A DNA stretch of 64,000 nucleotides from an uncultured Pseudobdellovibrionaceae bacterium (GTDB lineage: Bacteria; Bdellovibrionota; FAC87; UBA2466): NCBI GenBank assembly GCA_964611895.1, contig CAZTDN010000019.1, positions 577-64,576 of the forward strand, written 5' to 3'. Positions 27,706 through 38,038 of the stretch are shown in pieces. Every line of letters starts with the position of its first letter. Position 1 is the stretch's first letter. Position numbers and translations under genes: made by a program. Below the pieces are notes generated by a model. The model was not told the DNA's origin and searched no databases. It worked only from the letters and a program-made list of their open reading frames with translations.

Positions 27706-28854
27706 ATGGTCAGCTTTCAGCTTACGGAAGAACAAGAATCCTTAAAACAGATGGTGGCCAAGTTTGTACAAAACGAGGTGATTCCCGTTTGTGCAAAGTA
27801 TGATGAGAGTGGGGAGTTCCCTACCGACGTGATCAAAAAAGCCTGGGAACTGGGCATTATGAACATCACGGTGCCCCAAAAGCATGGCGGCATGGGCCTA
27901 GGAGTTTTGGACGACGTTATCATCAACGAAGAAATGGGCGCGGGTTGTCTCGGGATTACGACGAGCATCGCGGTAAATACATTGGCCTTGTACCCCATCC
28001 TTTTGTTCGGTACCGACGATCAAATCAAAGAATTTATCACCCCCTTTCTCGAAGCTCCTCTGCTGGCTTCGTTTTGTCTCACGGAGCCGGGTGCGGGCTC
28101 GGATGCCGGGTCCTTATCCACAACAGCTCGCGACGAGGGGAGTCATTATGTGATCAATGGTTCCAAGATGTGGATCACGAATGCTGGGCACGCCTCGCTC
28201 TTTTCTGTGTTTTGCACCGTCGACAAGGGCTTGAAGCAAAAAGGAATCATTTGTCTCGCGGTACCAGCGAACACTCCCGGTATCCATTTGGGTAAGGCGG
28301 AGAACAAGCTCGGGCAACGCGCTTCGGATACGCGTGCGATCACTTTCGAAAATGTGAAAGTGCCCAAGAAAAATCTGATTGGAAAGGTCGGTGAAGGATT
28401 CAAGGTTGCGCTGCGGACGTTGGATCGGACACGCCCACCTATCGCCGCGGGCGCTGTGGGAGCAGCTCGTGCCGCTTTGCACCATTCGATCCGTTACGCC
28501 AAAGAGCGCAAGCAGTTCAATCAGCCCATTGCAAACTTCCAGGCAATTCAGTTCATGCTCGCAGACATGGCCACTAAAGTCGAAGCAGGCCGTGCGCTCT
28601 GTTACCGGGCTTCCTCCTTACTGGATGCGGGGCGAGAAGAAGAAGCAAACCTAGCTTCTTCGCATGCAAAACGTTTTTCAGCAGACATGGCCATGGAGGT
28701 TGCCACCGATGCCGTTCAGATTTTTGGTGGGTATGGCTACACTAAAGAGTATCCGGTCGAAAAAATCATGCGCGACGTTAAGCTCGTGCAGATTTACGAA
28801 GGGACCTCGCAAATTCAGCGTGTGGTGATAGCGCGGCATCTTTTGAAGGATTAG
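27706..28854 (+). CDS. acyl-CoA dehydrogenase (short/medium-chain type)
   Basis: FCLTEPGAGSDAG, YKMWITNAG-like GSKMWITNAG, C-terminal IYEGTSQIQRVVIARHLL. 382 aa. Confidence 0.85.
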   Translation: MVSFQLTEEQESLKQMVAKFVQNEVIPVCAKYDESGEFPTDVIKKAWELGIMNITVPQKHGGMGLGVLDDVIINEEMGAGCLGITTSIAVNTLALYPILLFGTDDQIKEFITPFLEAPLLASFCLTEPGAGSDAGSLSTTARDEGSHYVINGSKMWITNAGHASLFSVFCTVDKGLKQKGIICLAVPANTPGIHLGKAENKLGQRASDTRAITFENVKVPKKNLIGKVGEGFKVALRTLDRTRPPIAAGAVGAARAALHHSIRYAKERKQFNQPIANFQAIQFMLADMATKVEAGRALCYRASSLLDAGREEEANLASSHAKRFSADMAMEVATDAVQIFGGYGYTKEYPVEKIMRDVKLVQIYEGTSQIQRVVIARHLLKD

Positions 28855-28863
28855 GAGGCATTC

Positions 28864-29640
28864 ATGAATCTATTTGTGCTTTTGAAGCAAGTTCCCGATA
28901 CCGAGACCAAAATCCGAATCACGGGCGACGCCAACGGAATTGAGCAGTCGGATATTAAATGGATTTTGAATCCTTATGACGAATTCGCCATCGAAGAAGC
29001 CATCAAGACTCGGGAGAAGTTTAAAGAAGGCTCTGTCACTGTGGTAAGTGCCGGCCCCGATCGAGTGGTTGAGGCTTTGAGAACGGCTGTGGCCATGGGA
29101 GCGGATAACGCAATTCATGTTAAAACGGATGGTGTGGGAGACTCCTTCCTCATCGCTCGTGCCCTGGCAGAAGTTTGCAAGAAAGAAAACGCCAGCTTGG
29201 TGTTTACCGGAAAACAGGCCATTGACGACGATCAGGCCGCCCTTTTTGGGTACGTCGCTGAATTCCTCGATATGCCATCGGTTTCTGTTGTCGTGAAGCT
29301 CGATATTGCGGCTGACAAGAAATCTTTTCGAGCGGAGCGCGAGGTGGAAGGGGGGACCAAACATTTGATCGACGGTCCTTTGCCTGCGGTGATTGCAGTT
29401 AACAAGGGCATCAATAGCCCTCGTTACGCGAGTTTGCCTGGCATCATGAAGGCGAAGAAAAAAGAAATCAAAGCATACGCGTTAGCGGATCTGGGCTTGG
29501 GCTCTGAATCGCCTCGGACCAAAGATTTAGCCTATGCGTTGCCACCCGAACGAAAAGCAGGGATCAAGATCGCGGGCGATGCTGCGGCTCAGGCCAAAGA
29601 ACTCGTCCGTCTATTGCGGGAAGAAGCTAAAGTCATCTAA
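28864..29640 (+). CDS. etfB: electron transfer flavoprotein beta subunit
   Basis: MNLFVLLKQVPDTETKIRI...LNPYDEFAIEEAIK canonical EtfB N-terminus. Directly follows the acyl-CoA dehydrogenase. Confidence 0.85.
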   Translation: MNLFVLLKQVPDTETKIRITGDANGIEQSDIKWILNPYDEFAIEEAIKTREKFKEGSVTVVSAGPDRVVEALRTAVAMGADNAIHVKTDGVGDSFLIARALAEVCKKENASLVFTGKQAIDDDQAALFGYVAEFLDMPSVSVVVKLDIAADKKSFRAEREVEGGTKHLIDGPLPAVIAVNKGINSPRYASLPGIMKAKKKEIKAYALADLGLGSESPRTKDLAYALPPERKAGIKIAGDAAAQAKELVRLLREEAKVI

Positions 29641-29650
29641 GGAGAATCGC

Positions 29651-30619
29651 ATGGCAGCCGAAGTCGCTCTTATTGGAGAAGTAAAAGACGGACAGGTGAA
29701 ACGAGTTACCTATGAGATTTTAGGTGAATGCGTTCGCCAGGGGCTCGACCCTGTTGTGCTTTTAGTCGGAAACGGTCTGCCAGAGAGCGTGAAGGGGGAG
29801 TTAGGTCAGCATGGAGCCACTAAAGTCGTATTTCTTGAGCACGCCGATCTTGCTCAGTATTCGACCGAGGGCTATGCAAACGCGATCCATGCGTACCTAT
29901 CCGCTAAGCCTCCCGCGGCGGTGATTACCGGAGCGACGTCGCAGGGGAAAGACTTTTTACCAAGACTTGCCGCAAAGTTTGCCGTGGGCATGGCTGCTGA
30001 CTGCACCGAATTCAAAGTCGACGGCGCTGCTTTTTCGATTCGTCGACCGGTTTACGCGGGCAAGTGTTCCAAGGCAGTGCAGTTTTTGAAGGCCCCGGCC
30101 GTTTTCTCGGTTCGGCCCAATGTGTTGGCGGTTCAGTCCGCGGGAAAAACCGCCACCATCGAAAAAGCAGCTGCGAACCCAGGAAAAATTCGGGCCAAAA
30201 TCGCCGAAGTCAAAGCCTCAGCAGCCAAGAAAGTCGAGCTGACCGAAGCGGATGTGATTATTTCCGGTGGCCGTTCGTTGAAGAATTCAGACAACTTCAA
30301 AATCTTGTTTGAGTGTGCTGACACCATCGGCGCTGCGGTGGGAGCGAGCCGCGCCGCGGTGGACGCTGGGTATGCTTCGCACGATATGCAAGTGGGTCAG
30401 ACGGGGAAAACCGTCAGTCCGAAGCTTTATGTGGCGTGCGGAATTTCTGGGGCGATTCAGCATTTGGCAGGCATGCGCACTTCAAAAGTCATCGTAGCCA
30501 TCAATAAAGATCCCGAGGCGCCTATTTTTTCAAAAGCGGACTATGGGATTGTGGGTGATCTCTTCGAAGTGGTCCCTGCGCTCACCCAAGAGCTCAAAGC
30601 GCTTAAATCCAAGTCCTAA
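29651..30619 (+). CDS. etfA: electron transfer flavoprotein alpha subunit
   Basis: RBS GGAGAA then ATG 29651 (MAAEVALIGEV). FAD-binding C-terminal half ADVIISGGRSLKNSDNF...PKLYVACGISGAIQHLAGM. Confidence 0.85.
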   Translation: MAAEVALIGEVKDGQVKRVTYEILGECVRQGLDPVVLLVGNGLPESVKGELGQHGATKVVFLEHADLAQYSTEGYANAIHAYLSAKPPAAVITGATSQGKDFLPRLAAKFAVGMAADCTEFKVDGAAFSIRRPVYAGKCSKAVQFLKAPAVFSVRPNVLAVQSAGKTATIEKAAANPGKIRAKIAEVKASAAKKVELTEADVIISGGRSLKNSDNFKILFECADTIGAAVGASRAAVDAGYASHDMQVGQTGKTVSPKLYVACGISGAIQHLAGMRTSKVIVAINKDPEAPIFSKADYGIVGDLFEVVPALTQELKALKSKS

Positions 30620-30621
30620 CC

Positions 30622-31908
30622 ATGTCTGCCACCTCGTTGGAATGGTTTGCCACGGCATTTTTCGCCTTGGCGATAGTGCACACGTTTTCGACTTCTGCTT
30701 TGCGTGGACTGGGTAACCGCTTTGCGCAGGGCTCGGTGGCTGAGAACTTCTTTCATTTTCTAGGAGAAGTAGAAGCCGTCTTTGGCACTTGGGCGGCCGC
30801 CCTTTTTATCGCGATGACTTTTTATAGCGGCTATCCCAGTGCGGTCCATTACCTCGAAACCCTCGATTTCACCGAACCGCTCTTCGTTTTTGTGATTATG
30901 GCGGTTGCCGCCACTAAGCCAGTATTGCAATTGGCGAGGGCTTGCATTCAAAGTATCGCGCGGTGGTTCCCCTTGAAAGAAGAAGCTTCTTATGTATTCG
31001 CCGCGTTGGTGGTAGGGCCGTTGTTGGGGAGTTTTATCACCGAGCCCGCTGCAATGACGGTTACAGCGATTTTATTAAAAGAACGGCTTTTTGATGTTCC
31101 AAAGATTTCGAAACGAGTAAAATATTTCGCACTGGGTGTTTTGTTTGTGAATGTTTCCATCGGCGGAGTGTTGACTCCGTACGCCGCGCCCCCGGTTTTG
31201 ATGGTGGCCAAGGCATGGGGTTGGGATTTTCCTTTCATGCTTCAGCATTTTGGATGGAAGGCGGCGTTGGCAGTTTGTTGTAATGCGGCTTTGTTAGTGG
31301 CCTATGCAGGAAGACAGCTACGCGAGTCCGGCCCGGTTGCCAAAGCCAGCAAAGGATTGCGGGTGCCGGGATGGGTGGTGTTGGTGCATGTCGGCGTGCT
31401 TGCTGGGGTGGTTTTGAATGCGCATCACCCCGTCGTTTTTTTTGGTGTGTTTTTGTTTTTTTTGGCCTTTGTAGAAGTGACGAGCGAATTTCAGTTCTCG
31501 TTGAAGCTTAAGGAGAGTTTGCTCGTCGGGTGTTTTTTGGCGGGCCTGGTGGTTTTGGGTGGGATGCAGGCTTGGTGGCTCCAGCCGCTTTTGTCGTCGT
31601 TATCTGAGCCGGCTTTGTTTTTGGGAAGCACGGCGCTGACCGCGGTGACGGATAATGCAGCGCTTACTTTTTTGGGCGCGCAGGTGCAGGGGCTTTCTGA
31701 GTCGATGAAGTATGCGTTGGTTGCAGGAGCAGTGGCGGGCGGTGGTCTGACCGTTATCGCCAACGCACCTAATCCAGCAGGTTATTCCATTTTGCAAAAA
31801 AGTTTCGGGCGCAGTGGGGTGAATCCGATTGGGCTTTTGTTGGGAGCGGCAGTTCCAACGCTGGTAGTTGTTTTATGTTTTTGGTTTTTGCCGCACTTTT
31901 CAAATTGA
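30622..31908 (+). CDS. polytopic inner-membrane protein of unknown function (possibly putative Na+/H+ antiporter-like family)
   Basis: ~11 predicted hydrophobic helices, no soluble domain. Family assignment is a recollection and not verifiable here. Confidence 0.45.
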   Translation: MSATSLEWFATAFFALAIVHTFSTSALRGLGNRFAQGSVAENFFHFLGEVEAVFGTWAAALFIAMTFYSGYPSAVHYLETLDFTEPLFVFVIMAVAATKPVLQLARACIQSIARWFPLKEEASYVFAALVVGPLLGSFITEPAAMTVTAILLKERLFDVPKISKRVKYFALGVLFVNVSIGGVLTPYAAPPVLMVAKAWGWDFPFMLQHFGWKAALAVCCNAALLVAYAGRQLRESGPVAKASKGLRVPGWVVLVHVGVLAGVVLNAHHPVVFFGVFLFFLAFVEVTSEFQFSLKLKESLLVGCFLAGLVVLGGMQAWWLQPLLSSLSEPALFLGSTALTAVTDNAALTFLGAQVQGLSESMKYALVAGAVAGGGLTVIANAPNPAGYSILQKSFGRSGVNPIGLLLGAAVPTLVVVLCFWFLPHFSN

Positions 31909-31972
31909 CTGATCTCTTCATGTGCTCGAATATTAGGCACAAATTTAACTTCTGTGAGTTGAAAGCGAATTC

Positions 31973-32641
31973 ATGTCGCAGCTCTTTGATCGCAGCGCGA
32001 ATACTCTAGCATTGGTAATCATCGCCGTCGTTGGCATCACGGGCGCGGTGGGCGTAGGACTTTTATACGCCTTCCAAAGTTCCTCCTACGTCACGGAAGT
32101 GGATACCTACAAACAACAACCGGTGCCATTTAGTCACCAGCATCATGTCGGTGGATTGGGGATCGATTGCCGCTACTGCCACACTTCTGTGGAAGTTTCG
32201 GGCAATGCGGGTATCCCGCCCGTCGCCACTTGCATGAATTGTCACAAGATGCTCTGGGCGGACCAGCCGATGCTCAAACCCATTCGGGATGCCTTCAAAG
32301 GTGGGGCACCTATCGAATGGAACCGAGTGCACAAGCTTCCTGAGTTTGTCTATTTCAATCACAGCGCGCACGTGAACAAAGGTGTCGGTTGTGTTTCTTG
32401 TCACGGCCGCGTCGATAAAATGCCTCTGATGGCGAAGGCCAATACGCTTTACATGAAGTGGTGTTTGGATTGCCACCGCAACCCTGGTCCGAATCTTCGT
32501 CCGGTCAGCCAGATCACCAACATGGATTGGCATCCGGATGAAGCGTGGAAAAACATGAACAAGCTGGAACACCATGGCATTCGGGAAAAACACCGATTCC
32601 AAGTGGATCAGCTCACCAACTGCTCGGTGTGTCATCGATGA
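31973..32641 (+). CDS. actA: alternative complex III subunit ActA (pentaheme cytochrome c)
   Basis: N-terminal TM anchor and five CxxCH motifs (CRYCH, CMNCH, CVSCH, CLDCH, CSVCH). First gene of the act operon. Confidence 0.8.
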   Translation: MSQLFDRSANTLALVIIAVVGITGAVGVGLLYAFQSSSYVTEVDTYKQQPVPFSHQHHVGGLGIDCRYCHTSVEVSGNAGIPPVATCMNCHKMLWADQPMLKPIRDAFKGGAPIEWNRVHKLPEFVYFNHSAHVNKGVGCVSCHGRVDKMPLMAKANTLYMKWCLDCHRNPGPNLRPVSQITNMDWHPDEAWKNMNKLEHHGIREKHRFQVDQLTNCSVCHR

Positions 32642-35562
32642 GTGATATCAAAAATAAGATGTGGCGCAGTCTCGAGGAACGCACTGACGGTCCTAAGGCC
32701 AACGAGCGTTTTAACCCTTTTAATAACGATTTCTTGAGTCGCCGCGAGTTCATGGAGTGGACGAGCGGGATGGTGGCTGTATTAGGCGCCACCGCGTGCA
32801 CGCGGATGCCGGATCAGAAAATGATCCCATATACGAAACAACCCGAGCGCGTGATTCCGGGGCAGCCTTTGTTTTTTGCTACTTCGATGGCGCTTAACGG
32901 TCGCGCAATTGGATTGTTGGTCGAAAGCCATATGGGGCGCCCCACGAAGATTGAGGGTAATCCCGAGCACCCTGCGAGCTTGGGTACCTCGGACGCTTAC
33001 GCCCAAGCGTCGGTTCTCTCTCTTTATGATCCCGATCGTTCCCAAACGTTTTCTGCACAGGGTGATCTGGTTTATTGGAATAACTTCGTATCGAAGCTTT
33101 CGGCAATCGTATCGGGCCATGCAGCGGCTGGGGGCGAAGGGTTGCGTCTGCTGACCGAAACTGTGGTTTCTCCCACTTTGGCGGCGCAGATCCAGGAGCT
33201 TTTGCGAAAGTACCCACAAGCTCAGTGGCACCAGTATGAACCCGTGAATAGAGATGGTGAGCGGGAAGGGGCCTTGTTGGCCTTTGGTGAAGACGTCACC
33301 GCAGTATTTGATTTTGCTAAAGCGAAAACAGTAGTTTCTCTGGATAGTGATTTTCTTTCTGATCCAGCGTGTCCTCGGTACGCCAAAGATTTTGCTCTGG
33401 GGCGGCGGCCCGGCTCGGGTTGGATGAACCGCCTGTTTGCGGTAGAGCCTTCTCCCACAATTACGGGTGCGAAGGCGGATCATAAACTGGTTGCACGCGC
33501 TTCGGAGATTGAGGCGATCGCGGGTGCGCTGGCGGCAAGCTGTGGAGTGAGTGTTTCTGGGGTTCCGTCGCTCTCGGCGGAGAAAACCAAATGGGTCAAA
33601 GCAGCAGCCGAAGACCTAAAGGCCAATAGCGGAAGCTCGATTGTCGTGGCTGGCCGCTGGCAATCGCCTTTAGTGCATGCATTGGCGGCAGCTATCAACG
33701 TTCAACTCAAGAACGTAGGGCAAACGGTAAAATTCACGGCCCCGGTAGAGTTCAGCCCTGTAAACCAGACCGAATCGATTCAAAAGCTTGCGGCAGACAT
33801 GAATGCTGGCAAAGTAACGAGCTTGGTCATTTTGGGGGGGAACCCCGTATACAATGCTCCCGCAGGAACGCATTTTGAAACGGGCTTGGCTAAAGTCAAA
33901 AATCGCGTGCATTGCGGTCTCTATGTCGACGAAACCGGCTCGCTTTGCAATTACCACATTCCTGAAGCGCACTACCTCGAACAGTGGAGTGATGCGCGAG
34001 CATACGATGGCACGGCGGGCATCACGCAGCCTTTAATTGCTCCGCTGTTTGGCGGCAAGTCGCATCACGAAGTCGTGTCGGCGCTCTTGGGTCAAACGAC
34101 GAGTGACTACGATTCTGTGCGCGCTCATTGGAAGGCGAAGGCTTCTGGAGATTTTGAGAAGTTCTGGACCGGTGCATTGAACGATGGGTTTGTAAGCGGT
34201 ACCGCTTCGGCCTCGAAGAACGTCTCCCTTCGTTCTCCATCCAGTTGGGCGACCGTTTCGTCGGTCCCTTCAGAGGAAAAAGTCGAAGTCGTCTTTCGTC
34301 CGGATTCTTCTGTTTTTGACGGGCGCTTTTCCAATAGTGGTTGGCTACAGGAGTTGGCAAAGCCCATATCTAAGCTTGTCTGGGACAATGCAGCCTATAT
34401 TAGCGCGGGCACCGCGGCTAAGTGGAATGTCAAGAATGGACGCATGGTGCGCTTTACGATGGGAGAGCTCTCTGTAGACCTGCCTGTTTGGATCCTGCCG
34501 GGGCACGCTGCAAACAGTGTGACCTTGCCGTTGGGTTATGGTCGTAAAAAAGCCGGCAAGCTCGGGAGTCAGATCGGATTCGATGTTTATCCCTTGCGCA
34601 AGAACGGCGCCTGGCAGTTGGTGGGTGCAGATACGCAAGTTTTGGCGGGGTCTTATACTTTAACGAGTACCCAGGACCACCATAGTATGGAGAATCGTCC
34701 TATCGTTCGGACGACCTCCTTCGAGAATCACCAGCACCACCCACATTGGGCGCATCTTCATGAACACGTTCCTTCTGCTCTTGAAGGAAAGGACCTCGGT
34801 ACTGCTGGGGGCGAAATGGCTCCCGTGGCTCCAGCGGATTATCAGTGGGGAATGGCCATCAATCTAAGTGCGTGCACTGGTTGCAACGCCTGTGTGGTTG
34901 CTTGCCAATCGGAAAACAACATCCCTGTCGTCGGCAAAGAGGAAGTCGCTCGCGGTCGAGAAATGTCGTGGATCCGAATGGACCGGTATTACGAAGGGGA
35001 TTTGGAGAATCCGCAGACGCACTTTCAGCCGGTTGCCTGTGTGCAGTGCGAAACAGCCCCTTGCGAAATTGTTTGTCCTGTCGGAGCGACTGTGCACGAT
35101 AACGAGGGTTTGAACAATATGGTCTACAACCGATGTGTTGGGACGAAGTATTGTTCGAATAACTGCCCGTACAAGGCTCGGCGCTTTAACTTTTATGAAT
35201 ACACAAAGACCATCACGCCGACGGTAAAGATGGTGCAGAACCCCAATGTGACCGTGCGTAACCGAGGGGTGATGGAGAAGTGCACTTATTGCGTTCAGCG
35301 CATTAGCAGTGCTCGAATCACGGCAAAGAATGAAGGGCGCAAGATCCGAGACGGCGAGGTGCGCACTGCTTGCCAATCCGCTTGTCCCAGTCAGGCGATT
35401 TTCTTTGGAAACATTTCTGATCCCGAAAGCCTGGTATCAAAGATTAAAGCAGAACCTCAGAATTATGGTTTGCTTGAGGAATTGAACACCAAACCTCGTA
35501 CGACATACCTGGGGAAGGTCACTAACCCAGCTCCCTCACTGAAGGCGGAGAAACCAGCATGA
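32638..35562 (+). CDS. actB: alternative complex III subunit ActB (Tat-signal molybdopterin-oxidoreductase-like domain fused to 4Fe-4S ferredoxin domain)
   Basis: ATGA overlap with the actA stop. Tat signal SRREFMEWTSGMVAVLGATA, CISM-like body, C-terminal Cys clusters (CTGCNACVVACQSEN; CVQCETAPCEIVCP; CVGTKYCSNNCP; CTYCVQRI). Confidence 0.85.
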   Translation: MSDIKNKMWRSLEERTDGPKANERFNPFNNDFLSRREFMEWTSGMVAVLGATACTRMPDQKMIPYTKQPERVIPGQPLFFATSMALNGRAIGLLVESHMGRPTKIEGNPEHPASLGTSDAYAQASVLSLYDPDRSQTFSAQGDLVYWNNFVSKLSAIVSGHAAAGGEGLRLLTETVVSPTLAAQIQELLRKYPQAQWHQYEPVNRDGEREGALLAFGEDVTAVFDFAKAKTVVSLDSDFLSDPACPRYAKDFALGRRPGSGWMNRLFAVEPSPTITGAKADHKLVARASEIEAIAGALAASCGVSVSGVPSLSAEKTKWVKAAAEDLKANSGSSIVVAGRWQSPLVHALAAAINVQLKNVGQTVKFTAPVEFSPVNQTESIQKLAADMNAGKVTSLVILGGNPVYNAPAGTHFETGLAKVKNRVHCGLYVDETGSLCNYHIPEAHYLEQWSDARAYDGTAGITQPLIAPLFGGKSHHEVVSALLGQTTSDYDSVRAHWKAKASGDFEKFWTGALNDGFVSGTASASKNVSLRSPSSWATVSSVPSEEKVEVVFRPDSSVFDGRFSNSGWLQELAKPISKLVWDNAAYISAGTAAKWNVKNGRMVRFTMGELSVDLPVWILPGHAANSVTLPLGYGRKKAGKLGSQIGFDVYPLRKNGAWQLVGADTQVLAGSYTLTSTQDHHSMENRPIVRTTSFENHQHHPHWAHLHEHVPSALEGKDLGTAGGEMAPVAPADYQWGMAINLSACTGCNACVVACQSENNIPVVGKEEVARGREMSWIRMDRYYEGDLENPQTHFQPVACVQCETAPCEIVCPVGATVHDNEGLNNMVYNRCVGTKYCSNNCPYKARRFNFYEYTKTITPTVKMVQNPNVTVRNRGVMEKCTYCVQRISSARITAKNEGRKIRDGEVRTACQSACPSQAIFFGNISDPESLVSKIKAEPQNYGLLEELNTKPRTTYLGKVTNPAPSLKAEKPA

Positions 35563-36938
35563 GTAAGACAACCCTCTCTCCAGAACCGGTATTGGGTGGC
35601 GAGTACGGATACGGTTCCGTAACGGACAAGATCAACAATATCGTTGTCCGGGAGAAGATCCGGCCGGGTTGGATTTTGGGGTTCGGGCTTGGGTTTACTT
35701 TCCTGATGATGCTTTTGTTCACCATTGGGATGCTCTTTAAATACTGCGTCGGGATTTGGGGGATTAATATCCCGGTGGGTTGGGGTTTCGATATCATCAA
35801 CTTTGTTTGGTGGATCGGGATTGGTCACGCGGGAACTTTGATTTCCGCGATTTTGCTTTTGTTCCGGCAAGACTGGCGGACCTCCATTAACCGTTTTGCA
35901 GAGGCAATGACTCTGTTTGCGGTAGCTTGCGCAGCTTTGTTTCCAATCATGCACATGGGGCGGCCCGAAGTGGGCGCTTATTGGGTCCTGCCTTACCCAA
36001 ATGTCATGGGTATTTGGCCCCAGTTTCGCAGTCCCCTCATGTGGGACGTTTTTGCGATTTCGACTTACGGTTTGGTCTCGTTGCTCTTCTGGTTGGTAGG
36101 GCTATTACCCGATTTCGCGGCCCTGCGCGATCATTCTCCCCACAAATGGCAACGCCAGATTTACGGGATTCTATCTTTGGGTTGGAGAGGGTCCGCCGTC
36201 CACTGGGACCGGTATGAGACGATCTATCTGATCTTGGCAGGTCTAGCGACGCCACTCGTGCTTTCGGTACATACGATCGTTAGCTTCGACTTCTCCGTGG
36301 GGATAGTTCCAGGCTGGCATACGACGATTTTCCCACCCTATTTCGTCGCGGGAGCGATTTATTCCGGGTTTGCGATGGTGCTCACTTTGATGATCCCCAC
36401 TCGGCATTTTTTCGGTTTGCAGGATTTCATTACTCTCCGTCATTTGAACAACATGGCCAAAGTGATGCTTCTCACCGGCCTTATTGTTGCTTACGGGTAT
36501 TTTATTGAGGGTTTTATTGGTTGGTACAGCGGCAGCGAGTACGAGAAATACATGCTGCTCAACCGGTTTGTGGGGCCTTATAAGTACCTCTACTACGCCC
36601 TACTTGCCTGCAATGTTTTCATTCCGCAATTGCTCTGGTTCCGGAGCTTGCGCAGAAACATCCCGCTGCTTTTTGTGATGTCTCTCATCGTCAACACGGG
36701 AATGTGGCTAGAGCGGTTTGTCATCATCGTCGTGAGCCTATCGGCGGATTTCCTGCCGGGGGCTTGGGGGATGTACTACCCGCATGCCTTCGACTGGACC
36801 ATGTATCTTGGCACCATCGGGCTTTTCTTTTCGCTACTGTTTATCTTCATCCGTGTATTGCCGATGATCTCGGTTTTCGAGATGCGAGTGCTCATTACAG
36901 AAGAAGATCACAAGAAAAAAGGAATCCACCATGGATAA
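35559..36938 (+). CDS. actC: alternative complex III subunit ActC (NrfD/PsrC-like quinol-interacting membrane subunit)
   Basis: ~10 TM helices, NrfD-like profile. ATGA overlap with actB. Confidence 0.8.
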   Translation: MSKTTLSPEPVLGGEYGYGSVTDKINNIVVREKIRPGWILGFGLGFTFLMMLLFTIGMLFKYCVGIWGINIPVGWGFDIINFVWWIGIGHAGTLISAILLLFRQDWRTSINRFAEAMTLFAVACAALFPIMHMGRPEVGAYWVLPYPNVMGIWPQFRSPLMWDVFAISTYGLVSLLFWLVGLLPDFAALRDHSPHKWQRQIYGILSLGWRGSAVHWDRYETIYLILAGLATPLVLSVHTIVSFDFSVGIVPGWHTTIFPPYFVAGAIYSGFAMVLTLMIPTRHFFGLQDFITLRHLNNMAKVMLLTGLIVAYGYFIEGFIGWYSGSEYEKYMLLNRFVGPYKYLYYALLACNVFIPQLLWFRSLRRNIPLLFVMSLIVNTGMWLERFVIIVVSLSADFLPGAWGMYYPHAFDWTMYLGTIGLFFSLLFIFIRVLPMISVFEMRVLITEEDHKKKGIHHG

Positions 36939-37476
36939 GGTTCAAGAACCAAAAATCTATGGCCTTATCGCCGAGTTTGATTCAGTAGAGACGTTACTGC
37001 ATGCGGCCGAAAAGACACGCGACGCGGGGTATTCCAGCACGGATGCGTACTCTCCTTTTCCGGTAGAAGGAATCATGGAGGCTCTGGGTAAACGGCATTC
37101 TCGGATTGCGTATCTGATCTTCTGTTTCGGGCTGACTGGCTGTGCCCTGGCGTTTGGGATGATGTTTTATACGAATGTCTGGGATTACCCGATCAATGTT
37201 GGTGGGCGGCCATTGTTAAGCTGGCCAATGTATCTTCCAATTATGTTTGAATTGACGGTACTGCTTTCGGCCTTTTCGGCAGTGTTCGGGATGATTGCTC
37301 TAAACGGGCTCCCCAAACATTATCATCCGCTGTTCAATGTCCCTGAGTTTCTCAAAGCTTCAAGAGACACTTTTTTTATTGCCATTGAGTCGACGGATCC
37401 CAAGTTTGATTTGTCAAAAACCAAAGACTTCTTACAGAGTTTGCATCCGAGAGGCGTCCATGAAGTGCAGCCGTAG
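36931..37476 (+). CDS. actD: alternative complex III subunit ActD
   Basis: Position in the operon; ~180 aa with a soluble N-part and two C-terminal TM helices, as described for ActD. Confidence 0.6.
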   Translation: MDKVQEPKIYGLIAEFDSVETLLHAAEKTRDAGYSSTDAYSPFPVEGIMEALGKRHSRIAYLIFCFGLTGCALAFGMMFYTNVWDYPINVGGRPLLSWPMYLPIMFELTVLLSAFSAVFGMIALNGLPKHYHPLFNVPEFLKASRDTFFIAIESTDPKFDLSKTKDFLQSLHPRGVHEVQP

Positions 37477-38038
37477 TGCAGTCGCCGTTCTTTTGCTCAC
37501 CACCTTGGCTTTGGTAGGGTGCGAGCGCCGGCAGGCCATGTACAAACAGCCCAAGTTTAAACCTTATCAAGAGAACGACTTTTTCGAAGACAAGCGTTCG
37601 GCTCGGCCTTTAGTTGAGGGGACAGTTCCTCGAGGGGTGATAGACGATCATCTCAACAAGGGGATTGTCGATGGCAAGCCAGTTTCGGATTTTCCGTTCC
37701 CCATCACTCGAAAAGAAATGGATCGGGGAATGGATCGTTACAATATCTACTGTGCACCTTGCCACAGTCGAACCGGAGACGGATGGGGAATGGTCGCTCA
37801 GCGTGGGATCAAACGCCCTCCCTCTTTTCACGAGGCCCGCTTGAAGGCCGCCCCAGTTAGCCATTTCTTCAATGTGGTTAGCAACGGCATCGGGATGATG
37901 TCTGGGTATTCGGCTCAGATATCTCCCGCCGATCGGTGGGCGATCATCGCATACGTGCGAGCCCTTCAACAGAGTCAAGATGCGCGTTTGGCAGACGTTC
38001 CAGAATCTGAGCGCGCTCAGATGGAGGCAGGCAAATGA
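37460..38038 (+). CDS. actE: alternative complex III subunit ActE (monoheme cytochrome c lipoprotein)
   Basis: Internal ATG 37460 gives lipoprotein signal MKCSRSAVAVLLLTTLALVGC. Single CAPCH heme site plus distal Met region (GIGMMSGY). Confidence 0.7.
   Translation: MKCSRSAVAVLLLTTLALVGCERRQAMYKQPKFKPYQENDFFEDKRSARPLVEGTVPRGVIDDHLNKGIVDGKPVSDFPFPITRKEMDRGMDRYNIYCAPCHSRTGDGWGMVAQRGIKRPPSFHEARLKAAPVSHFFNVVSNGIGMMSGYSAQISPADRWAIIAYVRALQQSQDARLADVPESERAQMEAGK

Noticed and set aside
32782-33483. 233-aa minus-strand ORF inside actB, and similar antisense ORFs (33670-33972, 34022-34360)
   Set aside because: They lie entirely antisense to the strongly supported ActB coding frame. They are Arg/Ser/Pro-rich with no start context, which is typical GC-rich shadow ORFs.
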